Source: Octopus vulgaris
Taxonomy: Eukaryota
Assembly (NCBI GenBank): GCA_951406725.2
Contig: OX597815.1
Location: 203,794,001-203,858,000 of the forward strand
Length of the DNA: 64,000 nt
Reading direction: 5' to 3'
Shown here one piece after another: positions 1-13,706 of this stretch. The translations under genes and the position numbers were made by a program. The notes under the pieces are model-generated. The model saw only the letters and a list, made by a program, of their open reading frames with translations, was not told the origin of the DNA and ran no database searches. Positions within the stretch are counted from its first letter, which is position 1. Each line of letters begins with the position of its first letter.

Positions 1-939
1 CCCAAAGAAAACAATAGGCATTTCCAATTTTATAGGCACCAGCCCTGCCTATTATTTCCCACTCTACAGTAAACATTTTAGTTTTGTCCTTTAAGCCCCA
101 AATATTTTGGGAACTTTTCAAGACGCTGCGTAAGCACTGCAGCAATCTAATGAGCTAAAAAAGAAATATAGGTAACAAATTAAAAGCTAAAACTACAAGA
201 AGTGAAAAAAGAACAAAAATATAAGGCTGCAAACTTCTGGAATTAATTTTTCTCATTTCGTCTGTCTTCTTTCTGTAGTTGAATGGATCGAGCTACATAC
301 GTCCGAAAGTTTCAAAGTCATTAATAAATTATATTTATTGCTCATTAGGGACCTAACTTTTATTAAATTATGTAGGTACACAGCGTAGTATGTTTGTACC
401 ATGATATTGTATGTTTCCCATATAGCAGACGACCTTGGGTGTTTGCCCACACCCCCAGTAATTCTCTTAAGTTATGTTATAATTTCATCAGCTTGATAAT
501 GATCAGAGTCACTCATCACTGCATGCAATATTTAATTGATGAGAATTAAAATTTCTGTCTCTCTTGGCCAAAACTGAGAATTAAGAATTGATTTGTAATT
601 GATTTGTTTTCTTTTGTAATTGACTTGTTTTCCTTTCCTCAGAGATGTAATTTTAATTAGAATAAATTCAGTTTATTTAACCGTTGGGTATAACTATCAG
701 GTTCATGCATACATGTTGAATGTGATAGTGAAACCCCTCACCCAGCGAAAGATATTTACTTCACGCTCAAATGATTGTTTCCAGATTGCTCCTCGAGGTA
801 TCTGATATATGTATGAAAGAACCATGGCAGAAACTGATGATACCCTACAGTGTAACTTAACGACACGTAAACTTTTCACTGCAATTTCCTTTTCACTTGC
901 GACTGAATTCATCTTCTGTTATTTTCTTTTGCAACTTAG

Positions 940-1185
940 TCATTGGAGGTCATCCCAGTCTGGTGAGATTGAAAATGCTGAAGTTCACTTTGAACTGAAC
1001 ACCTTTAGGTGGTTGTCTGAAACAACTGAGTGGAAGAAATTCCAAATACCTGCAACTCTGTGGAAGAAAGATTAGAGACGGTGTTTTGTGCAGGAACTTA
1101 GAGGTGAAACAGTTAGGGTCACGGGGGTATGTGTCCTTCGAGTGCTAATACCCGAGATGGATAGAAGAAACACTGTTTGCGGTTA
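940..1185 (-). mobile_element. Decayed CR1-like LINE, ORF2 C-terminal relic
   Basis: Minus strand reads STRRTH...KHRL*SFFHRVAGIWNFFHSVVSDNHLKVF, resembling the CR1-type C-terminal motif FF.RV...WN.LP..VV....L..FK; contains a stop. Confidence 0.45.
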
Positions 1186-3068
1186 GCCCATGATTGTAAA
1201 ATATATGTGAGCGTGCTTTTTTTTTTCTTGTTCTGAGGACCGTTTTTATGTAGTAGCCACAGCGTAAGTAATACGTTTTGTGGTTTTTAATTGGACTGTG
1301 AAGTGGGTCAGTAATTGATAAGAGTTAAACCATTTAGTAACTATGAAGAGGAATCCTAGTTTCCAGCTTGCAGTTTGTGCAATGTTACATATGTAACTTC
1401 ACATTGAAAGATCATTAGAGTTTGCAATGCTTAACATTTGTAGCAAGTTTAAGGGCCGTAATTATGTGTTGTTGTTGATGAAAAGAGAGAAACACACACA
1501 CACACACTTGTATATGTACAAAGCCGTTTAAGTCAGTATTAAAATGAACAAAAATTCAGTTGCAATGAATGCAGTTACCCTTTACAATACTGACCTTTTG
1601 CAAAGTTAGAACAAGACAAGAATAAAACAAAATAGTTTAACACTTCACCAACGAAGTATTGTCTAATATTACTTTCTGGATATATGTACAGAAGTATGAA
1701 TGTATCGGGGGTGTAAATGCAAGTGTCATAGATGTCTATAATCATTTTTTCAGTGGTCACAGTGAATTAAGCAAAGTGACTTAATTTCAGTCAAGATCTG
1801 AAACTAATTCGCAGAATCCAAGCATTACCGCGAGATGCTGTTCTTTATTCCATGTTGGTTGTCACATTAATATTTTTTCCTTTTGATGCTTTTGACCTAC
1901 TTTTATAAGGTAGTTAAAGTGGAATGCTATGAGATGTTCTCGTCTTTCTCAAAGATACTACAAGCGTAAGTGAAGTGACATGACTTCAAACAACGATTGA
2001 GAAAACCGCTCACTTCCTCGACTTGCCTCCCTCAATAGCAGTAACCAAACAAAATGTCAAGAATTAACCCTCTTCTCCGACCTTACAACCTCATGATTTG
2101 TGTATGTGTATGAAATTCAGAATAACGTTTAGGTCCCTGATATTTGGAAAAAAGAGGCAGTCATATAGCATGGCTGATTCATACATACATAAGAGTGCGC
2201 GCGCACAGACACATTCATATTTACACATAAACACGTACACACACAAACAAATATATATGTGTGTGTGTGCTTACATATGTATTCATACATATAAATGTAA
2301 ACGTATGTTTGTGGGTAAGAAAGAGAAGCCAAGTAGAAAAGTTTTAATTAGCAGATTTTATTGTTACATGAGGGTTCCCCACATGGAGTCCATTAATGGA
2401 TAATGCTACATGCTGATCAAGAAAATAACAACAATATTGTTTTTCTTATGTTGTGTAAGAAATTGATATTTACGCCATCTTTGTTGTGTTATTTCTTTTT
2501 TGTATGTAGAAAAACACGCGGGAAAGCAAGGAACAATAACAATGACGATTTAAAAAAAAAAAGTAATATATAAATCACGAACTATCAAGACACGAGTTCA
2601 CATCAACACTAAATAAAATATTTAAAATACAGTAAAAATATCCCTATCAACGGCAGAAACAATAGAAAAAGTCTTAAGTTTGTCTTAAACAAGTTAATTT
2701 TCAATTTTAAACTTGAACTAATGTCATCAGAATACTTCTAATTTTTCGTGGGGTTTTAGTTATATTTTTGTGATTATCTGATAATCTGATGTAAACTGAA
2801 TGTTACTCTTGTAATTTTAAATATTTTGTTCTTATCCTCGTTCTTGCTCCTCTTGGCCTTTTGCTGCTGTAGATTTTAGTGATGTTGGCGTTAATGTGTG
2901 TTTGTATGTCCTTCCAAACATATCTCTATGCCTATGACTCTCTCTTTATATATACGTGGATGGGAGAGGCAGTTATGTATAGGCGACTGCTGGTGTTCCA
3001 TAAACAAGCTGACCCGGACTTGTGCCTCACGACCGGTAGAGATCTTTGTAATTACCCTTTATCCTTTA

Positions 3069-3161
<93 letters not shown>

Positions 3162-3175
3162 AATATATATATATA

Positions 3176-3318
3176 TAACGGGAAGCTTTATGAAAATAAA
3201 CAAAAGACGAAGGCAGGTGGAAAACAAACGAACAATTGTATTAGTATGGCGCTCAGGAAATATAAATAAAACAAGTCTTTAACGTTTCGAGCCTACGCTC
3301 TTCAACAGAAAGATACAC
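3176..3318 (-). mobile_element. Short hammerhead-bearing element (Penelope-like pLTR or retrozyme-like), family A, truncated copy
   Basis: Near-identical to 33471-33657; the 3' end abuts (TA)n; carries the hammerhead motif at 3276-3313. Confidence 0.7.
3276..3313 (-). ncRNA. Minimal type I hammerhead ribozyme motif (A6U core variant)
   Basis: Minus strand: UCUUU-CUGUUGA-A-GAGC-guag-GCUC-GAAA-CG-UU-AAAGA. Stem I UCUUU/AAAGA, stem II GAGC/GCUC, palindromic stem III ACGU. Confidence 0.7.
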
Positions 3319-3370
3319 TGGATACTTACCATTGGCTGCACCTCTCTTTCGCGGATCAAAGTGACTTTGC

Positions 3371-3450
<80 letters not shown>

Positions 3451-3456
3451 AATGCA

Positions 3457-3687
3457 GTCGGCGAGCTGGCAGAAACGTTAGCACGCCGGGCGAAATGCGT
3501 AGCCGTATTTCGTCTGCCGTTACGCTCTGAGTTCAAATTCCGCCGAGGTCGACTTTGCCTTTCATCCTTTCGGGGTCGATTAAATAAGTACCAGTTACAC
3601 ACTGGGGTCGATATAATTGGCTTAATCCGTTTGTCTGTCCTTGTGTCTCCCCTCTATGTTCAGCCCCTTGTGGGCAGTAAAGAAATA
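3457..3687 (+). mobile_element. tRNA-derived SINE, family 1
   Basis: GGCGAGCTGGCAGAAACGTTAGC head, B-box-like GAGTTCAAATTCC; many homologous copies in the window. Confidence 0.85.
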
Positions 3688-4029
3688 TATATATGCAAAG
3701 AGATAAATATAGATAGAAAGATAGATAATCGTGGAAGGAGGTAGCAATAGTAGCAATAAAGGAAGCATTTACAATTCCACCATCAGCAACAATAATACTG
3801 TCTCTTCTGAGGGCATGGCCACCCCATAAGAATTTTATCCCCTCTAGAGGATAAACCTCTAAATTTTCGAATGCAGCTAAATTTAGAAAACTCGAAGGGA
3901 GAAGGGCAGAGCCGGCTCCTCCCCCTGAAACATTGGCTGCTATAACCAGAATAATAGCGTCTTATGAATGCATTAACTTCAGGTTTCGAAGCCGTAAACG
4001 GCTACGAAAGTCCAGATTGAAAGGGCCCT

Positions 4030-4640
4030 ACAATTTCACTTTTTCCTTGGTTGCAGGGAAGTTTATAAAATCTTTGATTATATATTTTTGCTTGAATTTT
4101 CTTGCTCGTTTCGTCTTAACATTTACTCCTCTAACAAGTTCATCGAGAATTGATACATCCGCCTGCAGAGATTTAATCTCTCTTTGTATTGCTACTTTCC
4201 ACTTAGGAAGTCTATTGACATTGTTGGTCCTTTTTTTATATCGTCCTGATACTTAGTTGAGCAATTACAACTTTAGCAGTGGAATAGACAAGGTTATTTA
4301 AGGTTGTTAGGTCATTTCCCTTATTTCTTAAGATATGTCTAAGAACAACATTATATATCATGATTGTGTTGTTGTTTTTTATGTTGTTTGATAGCTTTAG
4401 TAGCGGTTCTCTATTGATCATATCAGTAAATTCAGTTTTGCTGACTTCTCTCGTAATATCTTCTTTTGTTTCTATGATCTCTTTATCATTCACCTCTAAT
4501 TCTGTGTCATGGTAGGTCTAATTTTCGTCTTTTTTCACATATCTGTTATTCGCTATTCTTTCTTCAGCTTCCTCACTGGGATGTACTGCTCGTGCTCAGG
4601 GTTCTGTGCATCTGTTACCTATTTCATCTGCATTATTGCT
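4030..4640 (-). mobile_element. Dong/R4-like LINE, N-terminal ORF fragment
   Basis: Reads LTTLNNLVYSTAKVV...LPKWKVAIQREIKSLQADVSILDELV, resembling the pre-RT P.WK...I..L..D.S.L.E motif of R4/Dong elements. Confidence 0.6.
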
Positions 4641-4644
4641 GTTT

Positions 4645-5306
<662 letters not shown>

Positions 5307-5308
5307 AA

Positions 5309-5366
<58 letters not shown>

Positions 5367-5370
5367 GAAA

Positions 5371-5580
5371 GGCGGCGATCTGGCAGAATCGTTTGCTGGA
5401 CAGAATGCTTACCGGTAATTTGCCCGACTTTAAGTGCTGAGTTAAATTTCGCCGCAGTGGCCTTTGCTTTTCATCTTTTCGGCATCGATAAATGAAGTAT
5501 CAGTGAAACACTGAGATCAATGTAATCGACTAGTCGCCTCCTCACAAATTTCAGGCCTTGTGCCTTTAGTAGAAAGGATT
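5371..5580 (+). mobile_element. tRNA-derived SINE, family 1 (diverged)
   Basis: Homologous to 3457-3687 and 38063-38294. Confidence 0.75.
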
Positions 5581-5582
5581 AC

Positions 5583-5659
<77 letters not shown>

Positions 5660-5663
5660 TTAC

Positions 5664-5963
5664 TTTTTTTTTTCTTCTTCAAATTTGCTTCCATTTCTTG
5701 CCGAGTGTCTTCCCGACTCCTAGGGCAAAGAAACTCATAGTATACATTGGTAGGCCATTAAACCAAACTCAATAGTTCGTTCATTTTTTTTTTTTTTTTA
5801 AGTTAAATTAAAATACATGAGCAGCAACAGTTCTCACATCGACAATGCTCTTCTCAATACGTGTGATGTACCAGTTAAGACAATCTTTTGCACTTCTTGC
5901 AGGGATGGTAAGCCAGGGATCATTCTCATATAATTTTCGGTTCCCTTCTTGATCATTCCTAGT
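5664..5963 (-). mobile_element. Dong/R4 LINE 3' end (family A) in (TAA)n
   Basis: Almost identical to the reverse complement of ~59150-59456, including the 3' UTR and A-tail. Confidence 0.92.
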
Positions 5964-5965
5964 CC

Positions 5966-6068
<103 letters not shown>

Positions 6069-6071
6069 CAT

Positions 6072-7120
6072 TCAGTAGTTATATTTTTATAGCGTGCTTT
6101 CATTTCACAACCGAGCGCAGCTCTGTGTGCTTTGGGTATGTGCTGCGATTTGTTTTGATGCTCTGATGGTTACTGTATTGAAAATGTTTTGCGTAAGATG
6201 TGTGCAGTGCCCAGTAGTGCAATTTTCTGTATATTGTATGTGTTTGTAAGTCCTGGTGTTTTTGTTATATATTTGTCTGAATACTTTTTTATCATACCTA
6301 ATGTGCCTACTATGATAGGAATTGTTTCTGTTTTTAGATTCCACATTCGAGTTACCTCTATTTCCAGGTCTTTGTATTTTGAAAGTTTCTCCATTTCTTT
6401 TAGAGAAACATTGTCATCTGGTATTGATACATCAATTAGAAAGCATTTTTTTCCTTCATGATCTCTGTCAACTATATCTGGCCTATTGGCCTTAATTTCT
6501 CTCTCTGTATATATTCAGATATCCCAGAGTATGGTTGCTTTCTCGTTTTCTGTGACCTTTTCTGGTGTGTGCCTATACCATCTTTTTTCTTTTGTTATTC
6601 CATAATGTTGGCATAGCTTCCAATGTATGTAGGTTCCAACTCTGTCATGTCTGTGAATATATTCCTTCTTAGCCAGGACTGGGCAGCTAGAGATAATATG
6701 ATTTATTGTTTCTTGTCCATCTCCACATATTCTGCAGTTACTTGTAATATTTCTTTTCATTATATGTTTTTTGGTAATTTCTGGTGGGGAGGCTTTGGTC
6801 TTGTGCTGCAATTAAAAATCCCTCTGTTTCTGCTTTGAGTCCATAGCTTCCAGTGTATGTAGGTCCGAATTTTGTAGTGTCTGTGAATATATTCTTTCTT
6901 AACCAGGACTGGGCAGCCAGAGATAATATGATTTATTGCTTCTTGTCTATCTCCACATAGTCTGCAGTTACTTGATATGTTTCTTTTCATTATATGTTTT
7001 TTGGGTAATTTCTGGTGGGGAGGCTTTGGTCTTGTGCTGCATTTAAAAATCCTTCAGTCTCTGTTTTGAGTCCTGAGCTTCTCAAACATTGGTGGGATTT
7101 TTCTATGTCTACTTCTTTTG
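6072..7120 (-). mobile_element. Dong/R4 LINE 3' fragment (family B) with internal tandem duplication
   Basis: AAQDQSLPTRNY, CRICG..ETINHIISSC, RHD, ILWD, RPD, KYKDLEIE motifs. The CCHC/RHD block occurs twice (~6610-6840 and ~6840-7070). Confidence 0.9.
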
Positions 7121-7198
7121 TTCGACTATAGGCGGTGCTCCAACATGGCCGCAGACAACTGAAATAAATAAAAGAATAAAAGAATATATACATACATA

Positions 7199-7269
<71 letters not shown>

Positions 7270-7270
7270 A

Positions 7271-7700
7271 CCCCTGAAGGTCAGAATTCAAATCGTTGAA
7301 TGAATCAGAATTCTTAGTAAAAGTATGTGGAGATAGGAGATGTGGAACATGCCACAACAACAACAACAACTTTAATTACTTAGAAAGTGGTTCGCACAGA
7401 AATTTCAAGAGCGGATCGCTTTTCAAAATAAATGCAGATACGAACTGCAAAATCCAAAAACCTATATACTATTTTACGTGCCCAAAGTGCAAAGAAAATT
7501 ACATTGGCGAAACAAATAATTCCCTCAGCCAGCGTACAAGAATCTACAGGCAACATATCCGACAAGAGGAATTGCGCAAAATTTCGTTACGTAAGCATCT
7601 GAAAACATGCTGCGACGGAAAATTCAAAATTTTTCCCACGGGGCGATCTGCAATACCGAAAAGCAATGGAACTAGATTTCATCAAAAATCCTCTCCATAA
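7271..7700 (+). mobile_element. Penelope-like element, GIY-YIG endonuclease fragment (pseudogenised)
   Basis: CGDRRCGTC...NCKIQKPIYYFTCPKCKENYIGETNNSLSQRTRIYRQH: Cys-rich linker plus IY..C..C...YIGET...L..R, as in Neptune-type PLE endonucleases. Confidence 0.85.
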
Positions 7701-8059
7701 TTGAATGTTTAAAAGAAAAGCGGAGACTGTACATTTTGTATTCTACATATAACTCAAACAGGTAAAAAAGAAAGAAAGAGGGGAAAAGATGAGAAAAAAG
7801 AAAAAGGAAGAAAAGGAGAAGGGAAGAAGTGGTAAAAAGAGAGAAAGAAAGCAAAAAGACTTTCAGTGACGATCACATCACAACAGTTTTTTTCTCTTGA
7901 AGTGGTCACCATCCTTAAACCCATTTCAATATAAGGGTTAATGAGTAAATGAATAAATGAATGGTGAAGAGGAAGGGAAACCTCCCTTACCCTCCTCTTC
8001 CTCCCCCTCTCTCTATCTATCAACCTATCTACCTACTTATCTTTCTATCTATCTATCTC

Positions 8060-8268
8060 GAGCTGGCAGAATCGTTAGCACGCCGGGCGAAATGCGTAGC
8101 CATATTTCGTCTGCCGTTACGTTCTGCGTTCAACTTTGCCTTTCATCCTTCCGGGGTCGATAAATAAGGTACCGGTTACGAACTGGGGTCGATGTAATCG
8201 ACTTAATCCCTTTGTCTGTCTTTGTTTGTCCCCTCTATGTTTAGCCCCTTGTGGGCAATAAAGAAATA
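8060..8268 (+). mobile_element. tRNA-derived SINE, family 1
   Basis: Homologous to 3457-3687; inserted in (TCTA)n. Confidence 0.85.
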
Positions 8269-8304
<36 letters not shown>

Positions 8305-8467
8305 AACCTATCTACCTACTTATCTTTCTATCTATCTATCTCCATTGTCATGGAACCTCACCCCACCACCAAGAAAATCTCAAAACAATCTCCTCCCCTT
8401 CTAAACAAAATCCCCGGTAAACATGTTTCATATAGACGAACAAGATGTTTGTACATTCAGAAAATTC

Positions 8468-8505
8468 TATTTCACAAGTTGGAGAAACGGACGAAAGCGC
8501 TAATA
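8468..8505 (+). ncRNA. Decayed hammerhead-like motif in the putative pLTR downstream of the GIY-YIG fragment
   Basis: UAU-UUCACAA-GUUGG-agaaa-CGGAC-GAAA-GCGC-UA-AUA. Palindromic stem III AGCGCU; core is one change from UUGACAA (U3-A8 type); stem II partly broken. Confidence 0.4.
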
Positions 8506-8583
8506 ATAAATAAATAAAAGGATTATTTTCCAAAATTCTGGCGACCTCTTTTCTCAATATATAGACATGCACACACACACACA

Positions 8584-8615
<32 letters not shown>

Positions 8616-8679
8616 TATAATATACATATACATATATATACATATATATATGCATGTATATATATATATGTATATACAA

Positions 8680-8716
<37 letters not shown>

Positions 8717-8734
8717 CATAAATATATATGCATA

Positions 8735-8771
<37 letters not shown>

Positions 8772-8835
8772 TCATACATATATATACATATATATATATA
8801 CATATATATATACAAATATATATACATATATATAT

Positions 8836-8876
<41 letters not shown>

Positions 8877-8901
8877 TACACACATATTTATATGTATGCA
8901 T

Positions 8902-8934
<33 letters not shown>

Positions 8935-9289
8935 CATATTTATGTTGCTTGTATTCGTAATTGTGTACCATGTATTTGTTTTCTTTGTTTGTTACCGTAC
9001 ACATTCGCTAGCTTTCTTACAAAGAGGTCTAATGTTTTTAGCTTAAGCTTTTTTGGGCGTAACCAGATCGAACATCTCAAGTGTAACTGCCCGAAATAGT
9101 CGTGACTTCTGGAACTTGACAGACGAAATAAAACCAAGAGTGACCCGTCTACTTTTGCCAGTCCTAATTGTTGTTTCTCTTATCCACTTTTGTATCGTCT
9201 ATCTGTCCGAACGTTTTAATGCTCTCTCTTGCGTTTTTCTTGTATTTTTATATTCATACATACATAGATACATACATACATACATACAT

Positions 9290-9379
<90 letters not shown>

Positions 9380-9537
9380 ATATATCCATATATACATATA
9401 TATACATATATACATATATATACATATATACATCTATATATGTCCGAACGTTTTAATGCCCTCTATTGTGCTTTTCTTCCATTTTTATATTTATACATAC
9501 ATACATACATACATACATACATACATACATACATACA

Positions 9538-9568
<31 letters not shown>

Positions 9569-9885
9569 CATACATACATACATACATACATACATACATA
9601 CATACATACATACGTACATACATCCATACGGGTATATGTATACATAGTGAAACTATTAAAAGTGAAAGAATAAAAGTGAAACAATATAAAAGTGAAACTG
9701 TTTTAATCGAAATGAAAAGAAAATTTCGTATTGACACTGACTAGCCCTCACATATAGCTTGTTTAATAACGTGCCTAACACGGCAAGACACACGCACTAT
9801 GAGGCATATGCACACTCATATACTCACACACATGCATTCACAGACAAATACACAATTATATACAAAATTTGATGCGTCGTGGTTA

Positions 9886-10215
9886 ACCAACACTCACATA
9901 CATATCACCGTGATCACCGTGACCGACCAGGCTATCAGATGTTGCTACACATCGCTGGTCACAATATGCTTCCCATTGTTTTAGCCTTCAAATGACGCCA
10001 CCCCGCTGGCTAAGCGAGCAGGCCAACAGAAGAAAGAGTGAGAGAAAGTTCTGGCGAAAGAGTACAGCAGGGATTCCCACCCACCTCCTGCTAGAGCCTC
10101 GTGGAGCTTTAGGTGTTTTCGCTCAATAAACACTCACAACGTCTGGTCTGGGAATCGAAACCGCGATCCTACGACCGCGAGTCCGCTGCCCTAACCACTG
10201 GGCCATTGCGCCTCC
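9886..10215 (-). mobile_element. tRNA-derived SINE, family 2 (variant 3' body)
   Basis: Head GGAGGCGCAATGGCCCAGTGGTTAGGGCAGCGGAC...GGTTTCGATTCCC (A/B boxes) shared with 30209-30594 and 55897-56286. Confidence 0.88.
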
Positions 10216-10458
10216 ACACATACATATAGTATGTTTAATAACGTACCTAACGCGCAAAGACACACACATTGGACATAAGCACACACATAGACTCACACAT
10301 GTTGTCATCGTGGTTAGAAGTAAATGTATAATAAAGGCACAAAAGTGAAACATATAGTGTGTTTAATAACGTACGTAACTAACGCTGAAAGACACACACT
10401 GTATAGACATATACTCGCTCATACACTCACAAACATACATTCACAGACAGCTACATAA

Positions 10459-10855
10459 TCTTTATATATAAAAGAGAAGTTGTGTGTCTGTCTCCTACGA
10501 TTTAGATTCCTAGCTACTCCCACATTTTGCGGTGCAGTTTAACCAAAACCGGGTATCTTATAGTCGTGATTCATATCGAGCCCTTCTGGGTATTAGCGCG
10601 CGTCTACGATGAGTCTACGATTTTAAAAAAAAATTAACATCATTTGTTTCCATTTTAATGCATTTTTTCGCTATTATATAAGGGAAGTAACTCTCTAAAA
10701 ATGTCTACGATGAGTGAACGATTTAAAAAAAATTTACCATCATTTTTTTTCCATTTTTAATGCATTTTTTTGCTATCTTTTGGCTATAACTCTCTAAAAA
10801 TGCTTATATAGTTATTTCCCTTACAAACCCAAGCAACGCCGGGTGATACTGCTAG
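10459..10855 (+). mobile_element. Non-autonomous Helitron
   Basis: 5' TC start, 3' CCC...GGG hairpin then CTAG end, inserted between A and T with no TSD; second copy at 61985-62378. Confidence 0.88.
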
Positions 10856-11061
10856 TCATATACAAAATTTGACGTCGGTGTCGTTGTTGTCGTGGTTAGA
10901 ATTTTGACATGTAATATGGAACCAGTGCCAATGTTGCTTTGTTATAATCCCAAAACGTTACATGTTGACACGCACGGGGGTCTCATAGTATTACCATGTA
11001 AAGTTCCATTTGATTTGGTTCAGCTGTTTGAGAATGCATAGGGAACAGACAGAGATTAGTT

Positions 11062-11650
11062 TGAATGTCTTTTTATCATGTGCCTACTATAATGGGAATT
11101 GTTTCTGTTTTTATACTCCACATTCGAGTTACCTCTATTTCCAGATCTTTGTATTTTGAAACTTCCTCCGTTTGTTTTAGAGAAGCATTGTCATCTGTTG
11201 GCATTGATACATCGATTAGAAAGCATTTTCCCCTAGGTGATCTCAAACAACTATATCCGGCATATTGGCCTTAATTTTTCTATTTTGTGCATTGGCATAT
11301 CCCAGAGAGTATAGTTGTTTTTCTCATTTTCCGTGTCCTTTTCTGGTGTATGTCTATACCATCGTTTTTTTGCTGATACTCCATAATGTTAGCACAGCTT
11401 CCGGTTGGCATAGGTCCCAACTCTGTCATGTCTTTGAACATATTCCTTCTTAGTCAGGACTGGGCAGCCAGAGAAAATATCATTTATCCTTTCTTCTCCA
11501 TCTTCACATATTCTACAGTTATTCTTGTATTTCTTTTCATTGCATATTTTTGGTAATTTCTGGTGAGAAGGCTCTGATCTTGTGCTGTTGTGGTTGTTGT
11601 TGTTTTTGTTGTTGTCGTCGTCGTCGTTGTTGTTGTTGTTGTTGTTATTA

Positions 11651-11699
<49 letters not shown>

Positions 11700-13492
11700 C
11701 ATTGCGTTTGCACAGCTTCTAACGCTGGAGATGTACTACGGTGTCAGCTGTTCACTACCAGTGAACTAAGATAACACCTTTCTCTGTCTACTTGTTTTGC
11801 ATTTAGTTTAGTCCACTATTTGCCATGAAGGGGCTTTTCTTGCCATCGTTTTATCATGGTCCGTTGCTGTTCTAGTTGGGGGGCTTTTCTTGCCATCGTT
11901 TTATCATGGTTCTTTGCTGTTCTAGTTTTAGTTTGGATTTCATTTGTTTTAGAGCTTTTGTTGTTTCTTCTTCTTCTTCTTATTTTTTAGGTGGTATGAT
12001 TTTTTGGGTTTGTATTTGTCATCTTCCTTAAATACTGAAAACAGTTTTTTGTTTTGCTCGTGCTTTGCCGCTATTTGTATGAGTTTTCCTTGCTTCTGAA
12101 GTAGATATTTTTGCAGTCATATGGTCGTTATTTTATAATAGTTTTCCAGCTGTATAAGGCCTTAGGTTATGCATCCTAGATCCTGTCATTATTTTTCTTG
12201 TTTTCCTATCTATTTTGGTTAGTTCATTTAGTGTCCAGTTAAGGATATTGTAGCTGTAACTAATAACTGGGACTGCTATAATACCTATTATCTTGATTTT
12301 AGCATTGAGCTCTGTTCTTAGTAGTGATCTAACTCGTCTATTGTACTCTTTCTTTATTTTCTCTTTCATTTGTGTGTGTTGTATCATATCTAGCTTATGG
12401 ATTCCTAAATATTTGTAAGTTTGGCTTTGGTCAAATTCTCTTATTTCATTGGCTTTATCTAGTGTGATGTTGCTACTCTTAACTAGTTTCCCTCTTTTCA
12501 GGGTTACTTTGGCGCATTTTTCTAATCCAAATTTCATATCTATTTCTTTGGTAAATCCATTAGTGTTTCCAGCTGTTTGTCATTTGTAGCGTATAGTTTT
12601 AGGTCATCCTTATATAAAAGGTGGCTGATCGTTTTGCCGCAACATTTGTATCCGCATCCAGTCCTATTTAGCATATCAGATACAAGTGTCAGTGCCAAGC
12701 CGAAAAGGAGTGGAAAATATTCCTCTTTTAATGGGGATGGCTTTGGTTTTCACGAGACCCTCTTTTGTTTCGAGCTGTAGCACTGTCTGCCTCTTTTTCA
12801 TAGAGTGTCTTGTGTATTTTATAATTGTTGGTGCTACCTTGTTAATGGCTAGTGTTTTGAGGATCCACGTGTGAGGAATGCTATCAAACGCCTTTCGGTT
12901 ATCGATCCAGGCCATACTGAGGCCTTTCTTCTTTCTGCGGCTGTCTTCAGTTATGGCTTTATTGATCATTAGTTGATCTTTACAGTCATATGAGCCCTTG
13001 CAGCATCCTTTCTGTTCTTCTGGAAACAGGTTGTTTTCGTCCAGATGCTTGTTCAATCTTTGCGATAATACTGCAGTTAAGGCTTTGTACATTGTAAGGA
13101 GACAGGATTTAGGTCTGTAGTTTTTTTGGTTTTTCCGTTTCATTGAATTTGGGAATTAGGATGATTTTCCCTTTCGTGGGCCATCCAGGCATTGTCTCTG
13201 GCTCTGCCAGTATGTCGTTATAGTTTTCGGCCAGCTTTTTGTGCATTCCTGTCAGATATTTCAACCAGAAGTTGGGGATCTTGTCATGCCCAGGTGCCTT
13301 CCAGTTGCTTAGTCTTTGCACTGCCTGGGTGACCTCTTCAGTTGTTAGGGAGTCCAGTGTTGCTAAGGTGCTAAGTTTGTTGTTATATTAGTCCTTCTCT
13401 GTGGTTATTCATTCGCCGATCATATTTCTTTCCAAAATATGGTGCTGCAGTGATGTCTATTTTATTTTTGCCCAGTTCTTGGTAGAACTTTT
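11062..13492 (-). mobile_element. Decayed Dong/R4 LINE (RT, CCHC, RLE), composite
   Basis: NWKAPGHDKIPNFWLK, YRP, EQKGC, WID..KAFDSIPH.W, SHLLYKDDLKLY, FGLEKCAK, AQDQSL, RHD motifs with frameshifts; interrupted at ~11585-11780 by microsatellite and another 3'-end piece. Confidence 0.9.
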
Positions 13493-13649
13493 GGGGGTTG
13501 GAGTTGAACTATTATTATTATTATTATGATTATTATAGTTATTATTATTATTGTTGTTGTTGTTGTTGTTGTTGTTATTATCATAATAATAATTATAATA
13601 ATGATAATAATAATAATCATCATCATCACTACTACTACTACTACTACTT

Positions 13650-13698
<49 letters not shown>

Positions 13699-13706
13699 TT
13701 CTATTA

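Noticed and set aside
3903-3975. HDV-like ribozyme in the structured segment
   Set aside because: An L3-like CTCCTCCCC, GG and a P4-like hairpin are present, but I could not form P1 or P2.
9020-9110. Hammerhead-like GGGC...GCCC-GAAA-TAG-TC
   Set aside because: No CUGANGA-like core upstream of the stem.
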